The notes below the pieces were generated by a model that worked only from the letters and a program-made list of their open reading frames with translations, was not told where the DNA came from and did not search any database. Shown here in pieces: positions 49,691 through 58,265 of a stretch of DNA of 64,000 nt. The stretch's first letter is position 1, and each line of letters begins with the position of its first letter. The translations under genes and the position numbers were made by a program. Origin of the DNA: Acidobacteriota bacterium (GTDB taxonomy: Bacteria; Acidobacteriota; Vicinamibacteria; Vicinamibacterales; CAVVIG01); contig JAFDVO010000035.1 of the NCBI GenBank assembly GCA_018268955.1, forward strand, positions 27,427-91,426, written 5' to 3'.

Positions 49691-50769
49691 GACGGGTAAC
49701 CGCCCCCAGAGTACGTGAGCAGCGAGGCGAGCGCACGCTCGATTCGCGCATCGCTGAAGTCCGCGAGGCGGCGTCGCTGCCCCGCGATCACCTGCGCCCG
49801 CAGGGTGTCGTCGAACGTGAGCAGGCCGAGGAGTTCGGCCGCCTGTTCCATGTCCTTCGGCGCGAACTGCACGCCAGCGCCGCCCAGTGTCTCGGGAACG
49901 GCGGCTGCGGCGTAGGCAAGGATGGGCACGTCCGTCGCCATGGCTTCCAGCAGCGGCGCGCAGAACCCCTCGTGCTCGCTGAGTGAGATGTAGACCGCCG
50001 CGTGCCGGTAGTACACGGCGAGGTCCTCGTCGGGCACGGGCCCGGTGAAGACGAACCGTTCGTTCAGCAGCCGGAACTGCGCCATCATGCCGCGAATCGA
50101 CTGGTAGTACCGCGGCACCGCATCGTACTTGCCGACGAAGATGAACCGGTAATACGCATCGACGTATCGCTTGTAGTGCTCCGCGAGCTTGAGGTGATCC
50201 TCGATCTTCTTGTTCGGGGCGATACGCCCCACGAAGAGGAAGTTGATCAGGTCGTCGGTCTGGAGCACCTTCTCCAGTGCGGGCCGTCGCACGTGTCGGG
50301 TCACGCGCGACAGGTCCACGGCGAGCGGCAGCACGCCGGTCGGCGCAAATCCCATTGCGTCGAGTTCCGATCGGTTGAACTCCGAAACCCCGAGCGCGAG
50401 GTCGACACGGCCCACAAGCGTGGCCAGTTCCTGGCGTGCAAGCGAGGCGAGCCGGAACAGGCCGGGATCGTACGGCGCGAAGTAGTGCGCCGGCGTCACG
50501 TTGTGGTAGAGCATGACGCGGCCGCGGGTGAGGCGAGCGAACGCCTCGGTCATCGGCGACGGGAGTGCGTAGTGGAAGAGCGTCAGGTCGCCGCGGGTCG
50601 CAGCCGGATCGTCGAAGCGCCTGACGTCTCCGCGCAGGACGTCGTCGATCGTCAGGGCGAAGATGTCGGCATCGTGCCCCATCGCGCGCAGCATGTCGCG
50701 CATCTTCCGCGCGCTGTCGCCAATCGCGTCTCCCTTGTGGGCCGCCGGCACCCACTGGTTGACGATCAC
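49687..50769 (-). CDS. GT4-type glycosyltransferase (paralog class B, copy 2)
   Basis: 360 aa from the GTG at 50769 (GTGA overlap, CAGGAG RBS). EHEGFCAPLLEAMATDVPILAY. Confidence 0.7.
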   Translation of the reverse strand: MIVNQWVPAAHKGDAIGDSARKMRDMLRAMGHDADIFALTIDDVLRGDVRRFDDPAATRGDLTLFHYALPSPMTEAFARLTRGRVMLYHNVTPAHYFAPYDPGLFRLASLARQELATLVGRVDLALGVSEFNRSELDAMGFAPTGVLPLAVDLSRVTRHVRRPALEKVLQTDDLINFLFVGRIAPNKKIEDHLKLAEHYKRYVDAYYRFIFVGKYDAVPRYYQSIRGMMAQFRLLNERFVFTGPVPDEDLAVYYRHAAVYISLSEHEGFCAPLLEAMATDVPILAYAAAAVPETLGGAGVQFAPKDMEQAAELLGLLTFDDTLRAQVIAGQRRRLADFSDARIERALASLLTYSGGGYPS

Positions 50770-51971
50770 GTCGGCTCCTGCGGCAGCGCGAAGTAGGCCG
50801 AGGGGCGGTAGCGGCGGATTTCCTCCAGCTGTTCGAGGGCATCGAACTGCTGCCAGAAGTCGAACGACACGTGTGCGGTGCCCTGCCGCGGGGAGGAGAG
50901 GATCCCGTCGACGAAGGTCAGCAGTGTCCGGTCGAAGTCCTGCGCCTGAAGGCGGTCGACGGCCTTCAGCTGTTCGTCGACGATGGCGTCCTGGAGGTCG
51001 GGATTGGACAGGATGCCGTCCATGACCGCCGCGACGTAGCCCGGTTCCTTCGTCTCGAACAGGACGCCCGCACCGTCCATCGTCGCCGGGACGGCGGTCG
51101 CGGCGTAGGCGAGGACCGGGATCTGCTTGTAGAAGGCCTCGATGAGCGGGACGCAGAAGCCTTCGTGCTCGCTGCAGCAGAGGAACAGGTCCGCCAGTTC
51201 GTAGTAGGCGATCAGCTCGGCGTCGGACACGTGCCCGGCAAAGTGGACGTGCTCGAGCCCCAGCTCGCTGACCATGTGCGTCAGCGCCGCGAAGTAGCGC
51301 TCGAACACGCTGAAGACGCCGGCGATGATCAGCCGGCTCCGCGGATTGAACCGGGTGTGATACGCGTGGAAGCAGCGGATCACGTCCTCGATCTTCTTGT
51401 TGGCGATCACGCGCCCGACGAACAGGATGTTGGTCCAGTCGTCGTCGAACTGCCGGGCGACCAGCCAGTCGGCCGGGTTGTCCAGATGCGCGAGATCGGG
51501 GACCACCGGCAGGACCGCGGTCCGTGGGAAACCGAGCGCCTCGAGGTCCTGCCTGTTGAACTCCGAGTCGCCGAGCGCCATGTCGCAGCGGTTCACGTAG
51601 GCATGGAGCTCGCGCCGCCCTCGGAAGCACTGCCGCGCGAGCGTCCGGTGGACGGCGGCGAAGTACTCCGGCGGCGTGATGTTGTGGTAGATGAGCGCCA
51701 TGCGATCGGGCAGGGCGTACGCGGTGCGTGAGGCCTTCGACCCGATCGAGAAATGGTGCAGCAGCAGGTTGTCCGGGTGGCTCGCGTCCACGAGCTCCCG
51801 ATAATCGCGCGTCAGCGACTCGAGACGCGGGTCGGCCGTTTCGACGAAGATGTCCGACTCGAATCCTGCGGATCGCAGGACGCGTTGTATCCCGAGGACT
51901 TCGTGGCCGATGGCGTCGCCGTACCCCAGCGTCGCCAGCACCTGGTGCACGGCTGGCTTCGAGGTGCTCAT
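50766..51971 (-). CDS. GT4-type glycosyltransferase (paralog class B, copy 1)
   Basis: 401 aa with EHEGFCVPLIEAFYKQIPVLAY. Aligns with 49687-50769. Confidence 0.75.
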   Translation of the reverse strand: MSTSKPAVHQVLATLGYGDAIGHEVLGIQRVLRSAGFESDIFVETADPRLESLTRDYRELVDASHPDNLLLHHFSIGSKASRTAYALPDRMALIYHNITPPEYFAAVHRTLARQCFRGRRELHAYVNRCDMALGDSEFNRQDLEALGFPRTAVLPVVPDLAHLDNPADWLVARQFDDDWTNILFVGRVIANKKIEDVIRCFHAYHTRFNPRSRLIIAGVFSVFERYFAALTHMVSELGLEHVHFAGHVSDAELIAYYELADLFLCCSEHEGFCVPLIEAFYKQIPVLAYAATAVPATMDGAGVLFETKEPGYVAAVMDGILSNPDLQDAIVDEQLKAVDRLQAQDFDRTLLTFVDGILSSPRQGTAHVSFDFWQQFDALEQLEEIRRYRPSAYFALPQEPT

Positions 51972-53440
51972 CGCGATGCGCCCGTGCTCCGACCTGACGG
52001 CCGGCGGCCGCGGTGTCCCTGGTTCCGATGCGGTGCCGACTGTTGCGGTCGCCCCTGGTGCGGACGACCCTTCGGCGGGTCGTGACGTTCAGGAACGGGC
52101 GCACGTTTCGGTAGCGGCGGCGAGACCGGTCCGGTCGGCCGGGGGAGCGTCATCTCCGGTGCGGTGGACGGTCCCGAAGGTGTCGCAGCCACGGCGTCGG
52201 CAGCCGGAGGGCAGGACTCCTTGCGTCGTTCCATCCAGCCAGGCAGCGGCTCGAATCCGCCGGACGCAGGCTCCTTCGAGAGCCGCTCCAGCATGTCGAG
52301 GTACTTGCGCTCGATGACCGGCCAGTCGTAGTTGTCGCGATAGTACTGGCGGCCGTTCTTTCCAAGGCTGCCAGCCACCCACTTGTTGAACTCCAGGGCG
52401 CGCAGCGTCTCGACGAACTCCGCGGTGCTGTCGTAATACAGGCCCGCGTTGCTCCGGATGCACTGGCCCTTGAGGACGTCGCACTTGGCGTTGGCGAGCA
52501 CAGGCTTGCCGAGCGCCCACGCTTCGAGCGCCACCATGGACAGGCTCTCGAAGAAGGACGGCATGATGAGCACGTCGGCTGCGGCGATGCCGTCGAACTT
52601 GTCCGAGTCGTCCACGAAGCCGAGATGTCGGATGCGCGGGTGCTTCGGGATGTCGAGGATCGAGTTGCCGATGAGGACGAGGGTCAGCTTGCCCGCCCCG
52701 TTTCGCAAGTACGAATCGAAGTGCCGGAACAGATCGCGGCAGCCCTTGTTTTCGTCGATCCGCCCGACGTAGATGGCGAACGGACCCCGGATGCCGTACT
52801 TCTGGCGGAACCGCTGTGGCTGCGGGTTCGGGGGCACTTCGGACCCGATGCCGACCACCACGGACGGGACCTGCTCGTTGTGCGCGAGCGCCTGGATCAT
52901 CGTGCGCTCTTCGGGCGAGTTGTACATGAGCGCCCGAACGCCCCGGAAGATTGGGGCGAAGATCGACAGGCCCGCCGCCGGGTCGCGCTCCGCCGTCGGC
53001 ACGAGGATCGCCTTCGTGCCGGCCGCCCGCGCGCCGTGGAACGCGTGGTAGTACCGGTAGCTGAAGAAGATGCAGAAGTCGAACTCGCCCGCATGCTTCG
53101 TGATGTGCGCGACCAGTGCCGGACTCGTCGGTCCTTCGGCTTCGAGCCAGTCGAGTTCGTCGGCAATCGAATGAGGCTGATGAAACACTCGCTCCGACAA
53201 ACGGCCGAAGGTCAGTGGATCGCGCTCGTGCTTCACCGGGAAGCGACGGACGACCACCTTGTTCACCCGATCCTCGCCGGCCTGGAGCTCGTTGCGCCAG
53301 GTCACGTAGTCGGTGGCGCACGTGGTCCACACTTCGACCTCCGCGTGGCGGGCGAGGTGCTCGGCGACGTAGCGGGCGTGCAGTTCCGCGCCCCCGTTGA
53401 TCGCAGGGCCGTACCGCTGGACGACGACGGCGACCTTCAC
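51968..53440 (-). CDS. GT4-type glycosyltransferase (paralog class A, copy 1) with Pro/Arg-rich C-terminal tail
   Basis: 490 aa with MKVAVVVQRYGPAINGGAELHARY and FFESLSMVALEAWALG. The last ~90 aa are low-complexity. Confidence 0.75.
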   Translation of the reverse strand: MKVAVVVQRYGPAINGGAELHARYVAEHLARHAEVEVWTTCATDYVTWRNELQAGEDRVNKVVVRRFPVKHERDPLTFGRLSERVFHQPHSIADELDWLEAEGPTSPALVAHITKHAGEFDFCIFFSYRYYHAFHGARAAGTKAILVPTAERDPAAGLSIFAPIFRGVRALMYNSPEERTMIQALAHNEQVPSVVVGIGSEVPPNPQPQRFRQKYGIRGPFAIYVGRIDENKGCRDLFRHFDSYLRNGAGKLTLVLIGNSILDIPKHPRIRHLGFVDDSDKFDGIAAADVLIMPSFFESLSMVALEAWALGKPVLANAKCDVLKGQCIRSNAGLYYDSTAEFVETLRALEFNKWVAGSLGKNGRQYYRDNYDWPVIERKYLDMLERLSKEPASGGFEPLPGWMERRKESCPPAADAVAATPSGPSTAPEMTLPRPTGPVSPPLPKRAPVPERHDPPKGRPHQGRPQQSAPHRNQGHRGRRPSGRSTGASR

Positions 53441-54759
53441 GGCTCTGGCGTGGACGCCGGGTCGCTGCCGGCCGGCGCGGGAGTATCTGAACCCTGGGCC
53501 GAGGTGGACTCGGGTGCGGGCGCGGGCTGCGCCGGATCGCTGGCCGCAGATTCCGCGGGGTGGGCCTGCGCGCCGAACGCGTGCTCGAACGGTTCGGGGC
53601 GGGTGACCCGGACGTCCGGCACCGCAGCCGTGTCTGCGACCGGTGCGTCAGTGACGGCAACGGCCGGCTGTGCGGCCGGGGCCGCAGGTGCGCTCGTCGT
53701 GTCGGGCGTCACGTCCGTGTCCGACGCGTCCGTGTCGTCGCCGGCATCTTCGCCTTCGCCACCGTTGTCAGGACCGCCATCCGCGGAGCCGGCTGCACCG
53801 CCCATGATCGCGGCGGCGGACCCGCTGCCACGACGTCCGCGGCGGCGACGGCGCCTGCGGCTGCGCTGACCGGGACCTTCAGTCGACGTCCCGGCCTGCG
53901 AGGCGTCGGACGCGGGCGACTCAGCATCCGGGGGCGCGACAGCGGTGGCGGCAGGCGCAGCAGGCGCTGCGGCCGGTGGAGCAGGACGTGAGGGCTCCGA
54001 TCGATCCGAGCGATCCTGCCGGTCCTGACGATCGCCGCGGTCCTGGCGCTCGCCCCGTTCCTGCCGGTCCTGACGCTCCTGCCGGCGGCCGTCCTGCCGC
54101 CGCGGTTCGTCGCGTCGATCATCCCTGCGCTCCTCGCGTCGGGTCTCTTCGGAGCGGCCGGTCTTCTCCTCGCCAGACGGCTTGTACACGACAGCGCTTT
54201 CGAGTGCCCGGGCGCGCCGCTCGTTGAACTCGAGCCGGCTCGCCAGCGACTCGATGCGCATCTTGAGGTTCTTGACCTCTATGCCGAGCCGCGTGGTCTC
54301 GAGCACGAGGTTGTGCATGACCTCGTAGTAGAGCTGATCGAAGGCGTACCGGGCGGCATCGCGCTTCGCCTCGCGCTCGGCGAGGCTGGCATTCAGCTTC
54401 GACTGGATGTTGAGCGCCTTGATCAGCGGGTTGGGGTTGAAGAACAGCTTCAGGATCGGCAGCAGCAGCCGCCGGATGAAGCGCAGCGGCCCCCGAGTCG
54501 ACTCGAAGAGCGTCTGGTCCTCGAAGGCGAAGTTGGGCAGCTCCGGCGGAGCGTAGGGCGGTTGCGACTTCCGGAACTGCTCGAGCAGATCGGACCGCAC
54601 GCCGCGCGGGTCGAGGAACTTCTCGAGCTTCACGCTCGCGAGTTCCCGGATCTCGGCGTCGGTGTAGTCCACGCCGCGCTTCTCGCGAATGCGGGCGCGG
54701 ATCTGCTCCATGATCTGCTCGACGTTGACCGCGTCGGAACGGACGTTGAAATCAGGCAT
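53437..54759 (-). CDS. hypothetical protein: conserved-looking helical N-domain + highly charged RD/RQ-repeat and Ala/Pro-rich disordered tail
   Basis: Start set at the ATG at 54759 (MPDFNV), 2 nt after the UbiA stop. ERQDRQERGERQDRGDRQDRQDRSDRSE run. RSRRRRRRRGRRG run. Confidence 0.55.
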   Translation of the reverse strand: MPDFNVRSDAVNVEQIMEQIRARIREKRGVDYTDAEIRELASVKLEKFLDPRGVRSDLLEQFRKSQPPYAPPELPNFAFEDQTLFESTRGPLRFIRRLLLPILKLFFNPNPLIKALNIQSKLNASLAEREAKRDAARYAFDQLYYEVMHNLVLETTRLGIEVKNLKMRIESLASRLEFNERRARALESAVVYKPSGEEKTGRSEETRREERRDDRRDEPRRQDGRRQERQDRQERGERQDRGDRQDRQDRSDRSEPSRPAPPAAAPAAPAATAVAPPDAESPASDASQAGTSTEGPGQRSRRRRRRRGRRGSGSAAAIMGGAAGSADGGPDNGGEGEDAGDDTDASDTDVTPDTTSAPAAPAAQPAVAVTDAPVADTAAVPDVRVTRPEPFEHAFGAQAHPAESAASDPAQPAPAPESTSAQGSDTPAPAGSDPASTPEP

Positions 54760-54761
54760 GG

Positions 54762-55724
54762 TCAGGGTACGAACGGGTGGTAGATGATCAGCACCACCGC
54801 GATGACCCACAAGGTCACGCAGGCAAGCAGCGGTCGGTCATTGAGCAGCAGGTCCGACGGACTTCCGCCCTCCTCGCGCTGGTGCACGAGGTACAGGTAC
54901 CGGAAGATTCCATAGATGGCGAATGGAATCGTGAGACCCAGCCACGCGGTGCCGAACTTCTGCTCGGTCTCCGGGCTGATCGTGTAGAAGGTGTAAGCGA
55001 TCAGCGTCGACGCCGTGACGACGGCGATCATCTGATCAAGGAGATACGGCGAGTACTCGTCGAGGATCGGTCGATGGCTCGCGGCTCCATCCGCGAGCAG
55101 CACCAGCTCGTGCCGGCGCTTGGCGAGTGCGATGAAGAGCGCGCCGAGAATCGTGCAGACGAACAGCCAGTGGCTGATGACCACGTTGATGACGACCGCC
55201 CCGGCGATGGCGCGCAGCACGAACCCGATGGCGAGCGTCAGGGCGTCGAGAATGACGATGTGCTTCAGGCTGGCCGAGTACCAGGTCTGGAGCACGAGAT
55301 AGATCGCGGCGACGGCGCCGAACCGCCAGTCGAGCAGGAACGCACTTGCGAGCCCGGCGGCGGCGAGCGTCGCGGCCGCGCCGATCGCCAGCGTGACCGA
55401 CACGTCGCCGGCGGCGATCGGGCGACGGCATTTCAGCGGATGGAGGCGGTCGCCTTCGCGGTCCATCACGTCATTGATCAGATAGACCACGCTCGAGAGC
55501 GCACAGAAAACGGCACACCCGCCCGTGGCGCGCAGCACGGACGGCAGGTCGAACAGCTTGACCGCAAAGACGAGCGGCGCGAAGACCAGCAGGTTCTTGG
55601 TCCACTGGCTGGGCCGCAGGGAGAGAAAAAGGCTGAGAGCGGGCGAACGTCGCCCCGACGCCGCCTGCCGGGAACGGGCGGCCGCATCGGGGGACGTCAT
55701 GCTCGAAAGGGTAGTGCGCGCCAT
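54762..55724 (-). CDS. UbiA-family prenyltransferase (decaprenyl-phosphate phosphoribosyltransferase-like)
   Basis: 320 aa, about 8-9 TM helices, NDVMDREGDRLHP (NDxxDxxxD) motif. Confidence 0.7.
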   Translation of the reverse strand: MARTTLSSMTSPDAAARSRQAASGRRSPALSLFLSLRPSQWTKNLLVFAPLVFAVKLFDLPSVLRATGGCAVFCALSSVVYLINDVMDREGDRLHPLKCRRPIAAGDVSVTLAIGAAATLAAAGLASAFLLDWRFGAVAAIYLVLQTWYSASLKHIVILDALTLAIGFVLRAIAGAVVINVVISHWLFVCTILGALFIALAKRRHELVLLADGAASHRPILDEYSPYLLDQMIAVVTASTLIAYTFYTISPETEQKFGTAWLGLTIPFAIYGIFRYLYLVHQREEGGSPSDLLLNDRPLLACVTLWVIAVVLIIYHPFVP

Positions 55725-55740
55725 CTAGCGCGGTCGGCGA

Positions 55741-56091
55741 CTAGACCTTCGCCGAGGAGAAGCTCTGCACCGCGTCGCTTTCGGACTCGTACGTCTCGAA
55801 CACCGTCAGCAGCTTGGTGATCGAGAGGAGGTCCGTAATGCGCTTCGTGAGGTTCAGCAGCTTGAGGCTGCCGCCCTGGCGGCTGACGGTGGTGTAGGTC
55901 CGCACAATCTCGCCCAGGCCGGCGCTGTCCACATACGGCACATCGGCCAGGTTCAGGACGATCTTCTTGCGACCGCCGTTGAGCAGCGTATTCACCTTGT
56001 CCTTGAGGATTTCGTCACCCTCGCCGAGCGTGATGCGGCCCTTCACGTCGAGGATCGAGACATCACCAACCGTTCGTTCGTCGATCTGCAT
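55741..56091 (-). CDS. STAS-domain anti-sigma-factor antagonist
   Basis: 116 aa from the ATG at 56091. VLNLADVPYVDSAGLGEIV with the conserved phosphorylatable Ser context. Confidence 0.75.
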   Translation of the reverse strand: MQIDERTVGDVSILDVKGRITLGEGDEILKDKVNTLLNGGRKKIVLNLADVPYVDSAGLGEIVRTYTTVSRQGGSLKLLNLTKRITDLLSITKLLTVFETYESESDAVQSFSSAKV

Positions 56092-56210
56092 GAAAACGCT
56101 CCAGATGTGTGCGTGCACGTGAGCTTAACACACCCCGCGGCGTGGTACTGGCCGCGGAGTGCGATGAGCTGCTGTTGCGTAACGAGGAGGAACCGGCGGG
56201 GAACCCGAGG

Positions 56211-56528
56211 TCAGAGACTTCCTGCCCCAGCAAGTTTCCGGGACTGGAAGCACTCCTTGCAGAACACCGGTCGACCCTGTGTCGGACGGAACGGCACGGT
56301 GGTTTCCTTGCCGCACGCCGAACAGTTGGTGACCGTCTCCACCCGCTCGCGCGCCATGACGGCACCGACCGGGCGGCTCGCCCTGCTGGCTTTGCAGGAC
56401 TTGCAGCGCTTGGGTTCGTTCTTGAAGTTCTTGTCAGCGAAGAACTGCTGTTCTCCGGCTGTCCACATGAACTCCGCTCCGCAATCCACGCACCTGAGGG
56501 TCCTGTCCTGGAACTCCATCGGTCCCAC
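56211..56528 (-). CDS. zinc-ribbon protein with two CxxC...CxxC modules
   Basis: CVDCG...CKSCK and CSACG...CKECF within 105 aa. Confidence 0.6.
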   Translation of the reverse strand: MGPMEFQDRTLRCVDCGAEFMWTAGEQQFFADKNFKNEPKRCKSCKASRASRPVGAVMARERVETVTNCSACGKETTVPFRPTQGRPVFCKECFQSRKLAGAGSL

Positions 56529-56546
56529 CTCGCCTGGGTCGGTCTG

Positions 56547-56744
56547 CTACTCCAGTTCTCGCCGGAGCTTCTTCCGATTGCGCTTGCGGGCCAGCGCCTG
56601 CTTGGCGCGACGCTTGTCGCCCGGCTTCAGGTAGAAGGAGTGCTTCTTGATGTCCTTGATGATGTCTTCCTGCTGCACCTTCCGCTTGAAGCGTCGGAGA
56701 GCGCTTTCGATCGATTCGCCCTCCTGAATCTTCACTTCAGCCAC
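56547..56744 (-). CDS. rpsU: 30S ribosomal protein S21
   Basis: GTG at 56744. VAEVKIQEGESIESALRRFKRKV...KPGDKRRAKQALARKR. Confidence 0.85.
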   Translation of the reverse strand: MAEVKIQEGESIESALRRFKRKVQQEDIIKDIKKHSFYLKPGDKRRAKQALARKRNRKKLRRELE

Positions 56745-56928
56745 GTAAATCACACCCCTTTCGGGTGGCTCAACTCGCGGTATCACGATGAATATCCGCT
56801 ACTGCCAAATATGCTAGGCTATCACGGCAACGGCGGATTCTAGGACCAAACCCTGACCGCGTCAACGAAATACCTCCCGCGGACGCTCGGGCCCTCCCAG
56901 CCAGCTCGTCCGACAACTCGCTGACACA

Positions 56929-58206
56929 ATGAGAGTTCTCGTTCTTGGAAGCGGCGGGCGCGAGCACGCGCTCGTCAGGCGGCTGTCCGCCGACCCGGAT
57001 GTCACGGTGATTGCCGCCCCGGGCAACCCGGGGATCGCCGGCATCGCACCGGTCTTTCCGGTGAATTCGACGGATCCCGACGCGGTGCTCGCCGTCGTGG
57101 CGCAGCAGGAGGTCGACCTGACGGTCGTGGGCCCGGAACTGCCGCTGAGCGTCGGGATCGCGGACGCGTTCGCGCGCGCGGGACGCCTGCTCCTTGGACC
57201 GACCGCTGCGGCCGCCCGGCTCGAGACCAGCAAGGCGTTCGCGAAGGCCTTCATGGCGCGCCACGGGGTTCCAACCGCGCGCTTCCACACCGCCGACTCC
57301 GCAGACGACGCACTGGCGGTCGTCCGCTCGGGGAGCTTCGGGTTTCCGGTCGTGATCAAGGCGGACGGGCTCGCTGCTGGCAAGGGGGTGGTGATCGCGA
57401 CCAGCCTGCCGGACGCGGAAGAGGCAGTGCTCGCCGCGATGACCGGCAACCGCTTCGGCAGCGCCGGCAATCGGGTGGTCATCGAGGAGTGCCTGACCGG
57501 ACCCGAGGTGTCCTTCTTCGTCCTGAGTGACGGGACGCGTGCCCTGCCCATCGGTACCGCGCAGGACCACAAGCGGATCTTCGACAACGACGAAGGGCCG
57601 AACACCGGCGGCATGGGCGCGTTCGCACCGAGCCCGCTGATGACGTCGGCGTTGCACGCGCAGGTGATGCGGGAGGTCGTCGACCCGGTCATCGCTGGCA
57701 TGGCGGCGGAAGGCCACCCATTCCAGGGCTTCCTGTACGTGGGGCTGATGCTGACGCCGTCCGGCCCGCGGGTGATCGAGTTCAACGTCCGCCTTGGTGA
57801 CCCCGAGGCCCAGGTCATCCTTCCCCGTATCGCCGATCCCCTCACGCCACTCCTTGCCGCCGCCGCACGCGGCTCTCTGGAGGCCAGCACCTGCGCGCTC
57901 GCGGACGATGTGCAGGTCGGAGTCGTGATTGCATCCCGCGGATACCCGGAGTCGTCCGAATCGGGACAGCCCATTCGGGGGATTGCCGAGGCAGAGGCGA
58001 TGGGCACATCCGTGATTCATGCGGGTACGGCAGAGCACGGGGGGCAGGTCGTCACGAATGGCGGTCGCGTGCTCACGGTCGTCGCTTCCGGCGCGCGATT
58101 CAGCGACGCGATCGACAGGGCGTACGCCGGCGTCCGCGCCATCAGCTTCGACGGCATGCAGTACCGCACCGACATCGGGCGGAAGGCACTCGCCATCAGC
58201 GGCTAG
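56929..58206 (+). CDS. purD: phosphoribosylamine--glycine ligase
   Basis: 425 aa with MRVLVLGSGGREHAL and an ATP-grasp body. Confidence 0.9.
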   Translation: MRVLVLGSGGREHALVRRLSADPDVTVIAAPGNPGIAGIAPVFPVNSTDPDAVLAVVAQQEVDLTVVGPELPLSVGIADAFARAGRLLLGPTAAAARLETSKAFAKAFMARHGVPTARFHTADSADDALAVVRSGSFGFPVVIKADGLAAGKGVVIATSLPDAEEAVLAAMTGNRFGSAGNRVVIEECLTGPEVSFFVLSDGTRALPIGTAQDHKRIFDNDEGPNTGGMGAFAPSPLMTSALHAQVMREVVDPVIAGMAAEGHPFQGFLYVGLMLTPSGPRVIEFNVRLGDPEAQVILPRIADPLTPLLAAAARGSLEASTCALADDVQVGVVIASRGYPESSESGQPIRGIAEAEAMGTSVIHAGTAEHGGQVVTNGGRVLTVVASGARFSDAIDRAYAGVRAISFDGMQYRTDIGRKALAISG

Positions 58207-58265
58207 GAGGCCGGCCGCGCCCGCCAATCCTCAAATTCGCAATCAGCAATCAGCAATTACCTGCT

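Noticed and set aside
48374-52104. Very long minus-strand ORFs (822 aa at 48374-50842 and 805 aa at 49687-52104) that seem to fuse neighbouring genes.
   Set aside because: Their N-terminal halves are out-of-frame read-throughs of the upstream glycosyltransferase genes and are Arg/Pro/Ala-rich junk. Internal ATG/GTG starts with ATGA or GTGA overlaps give proper GT4 N-termini.
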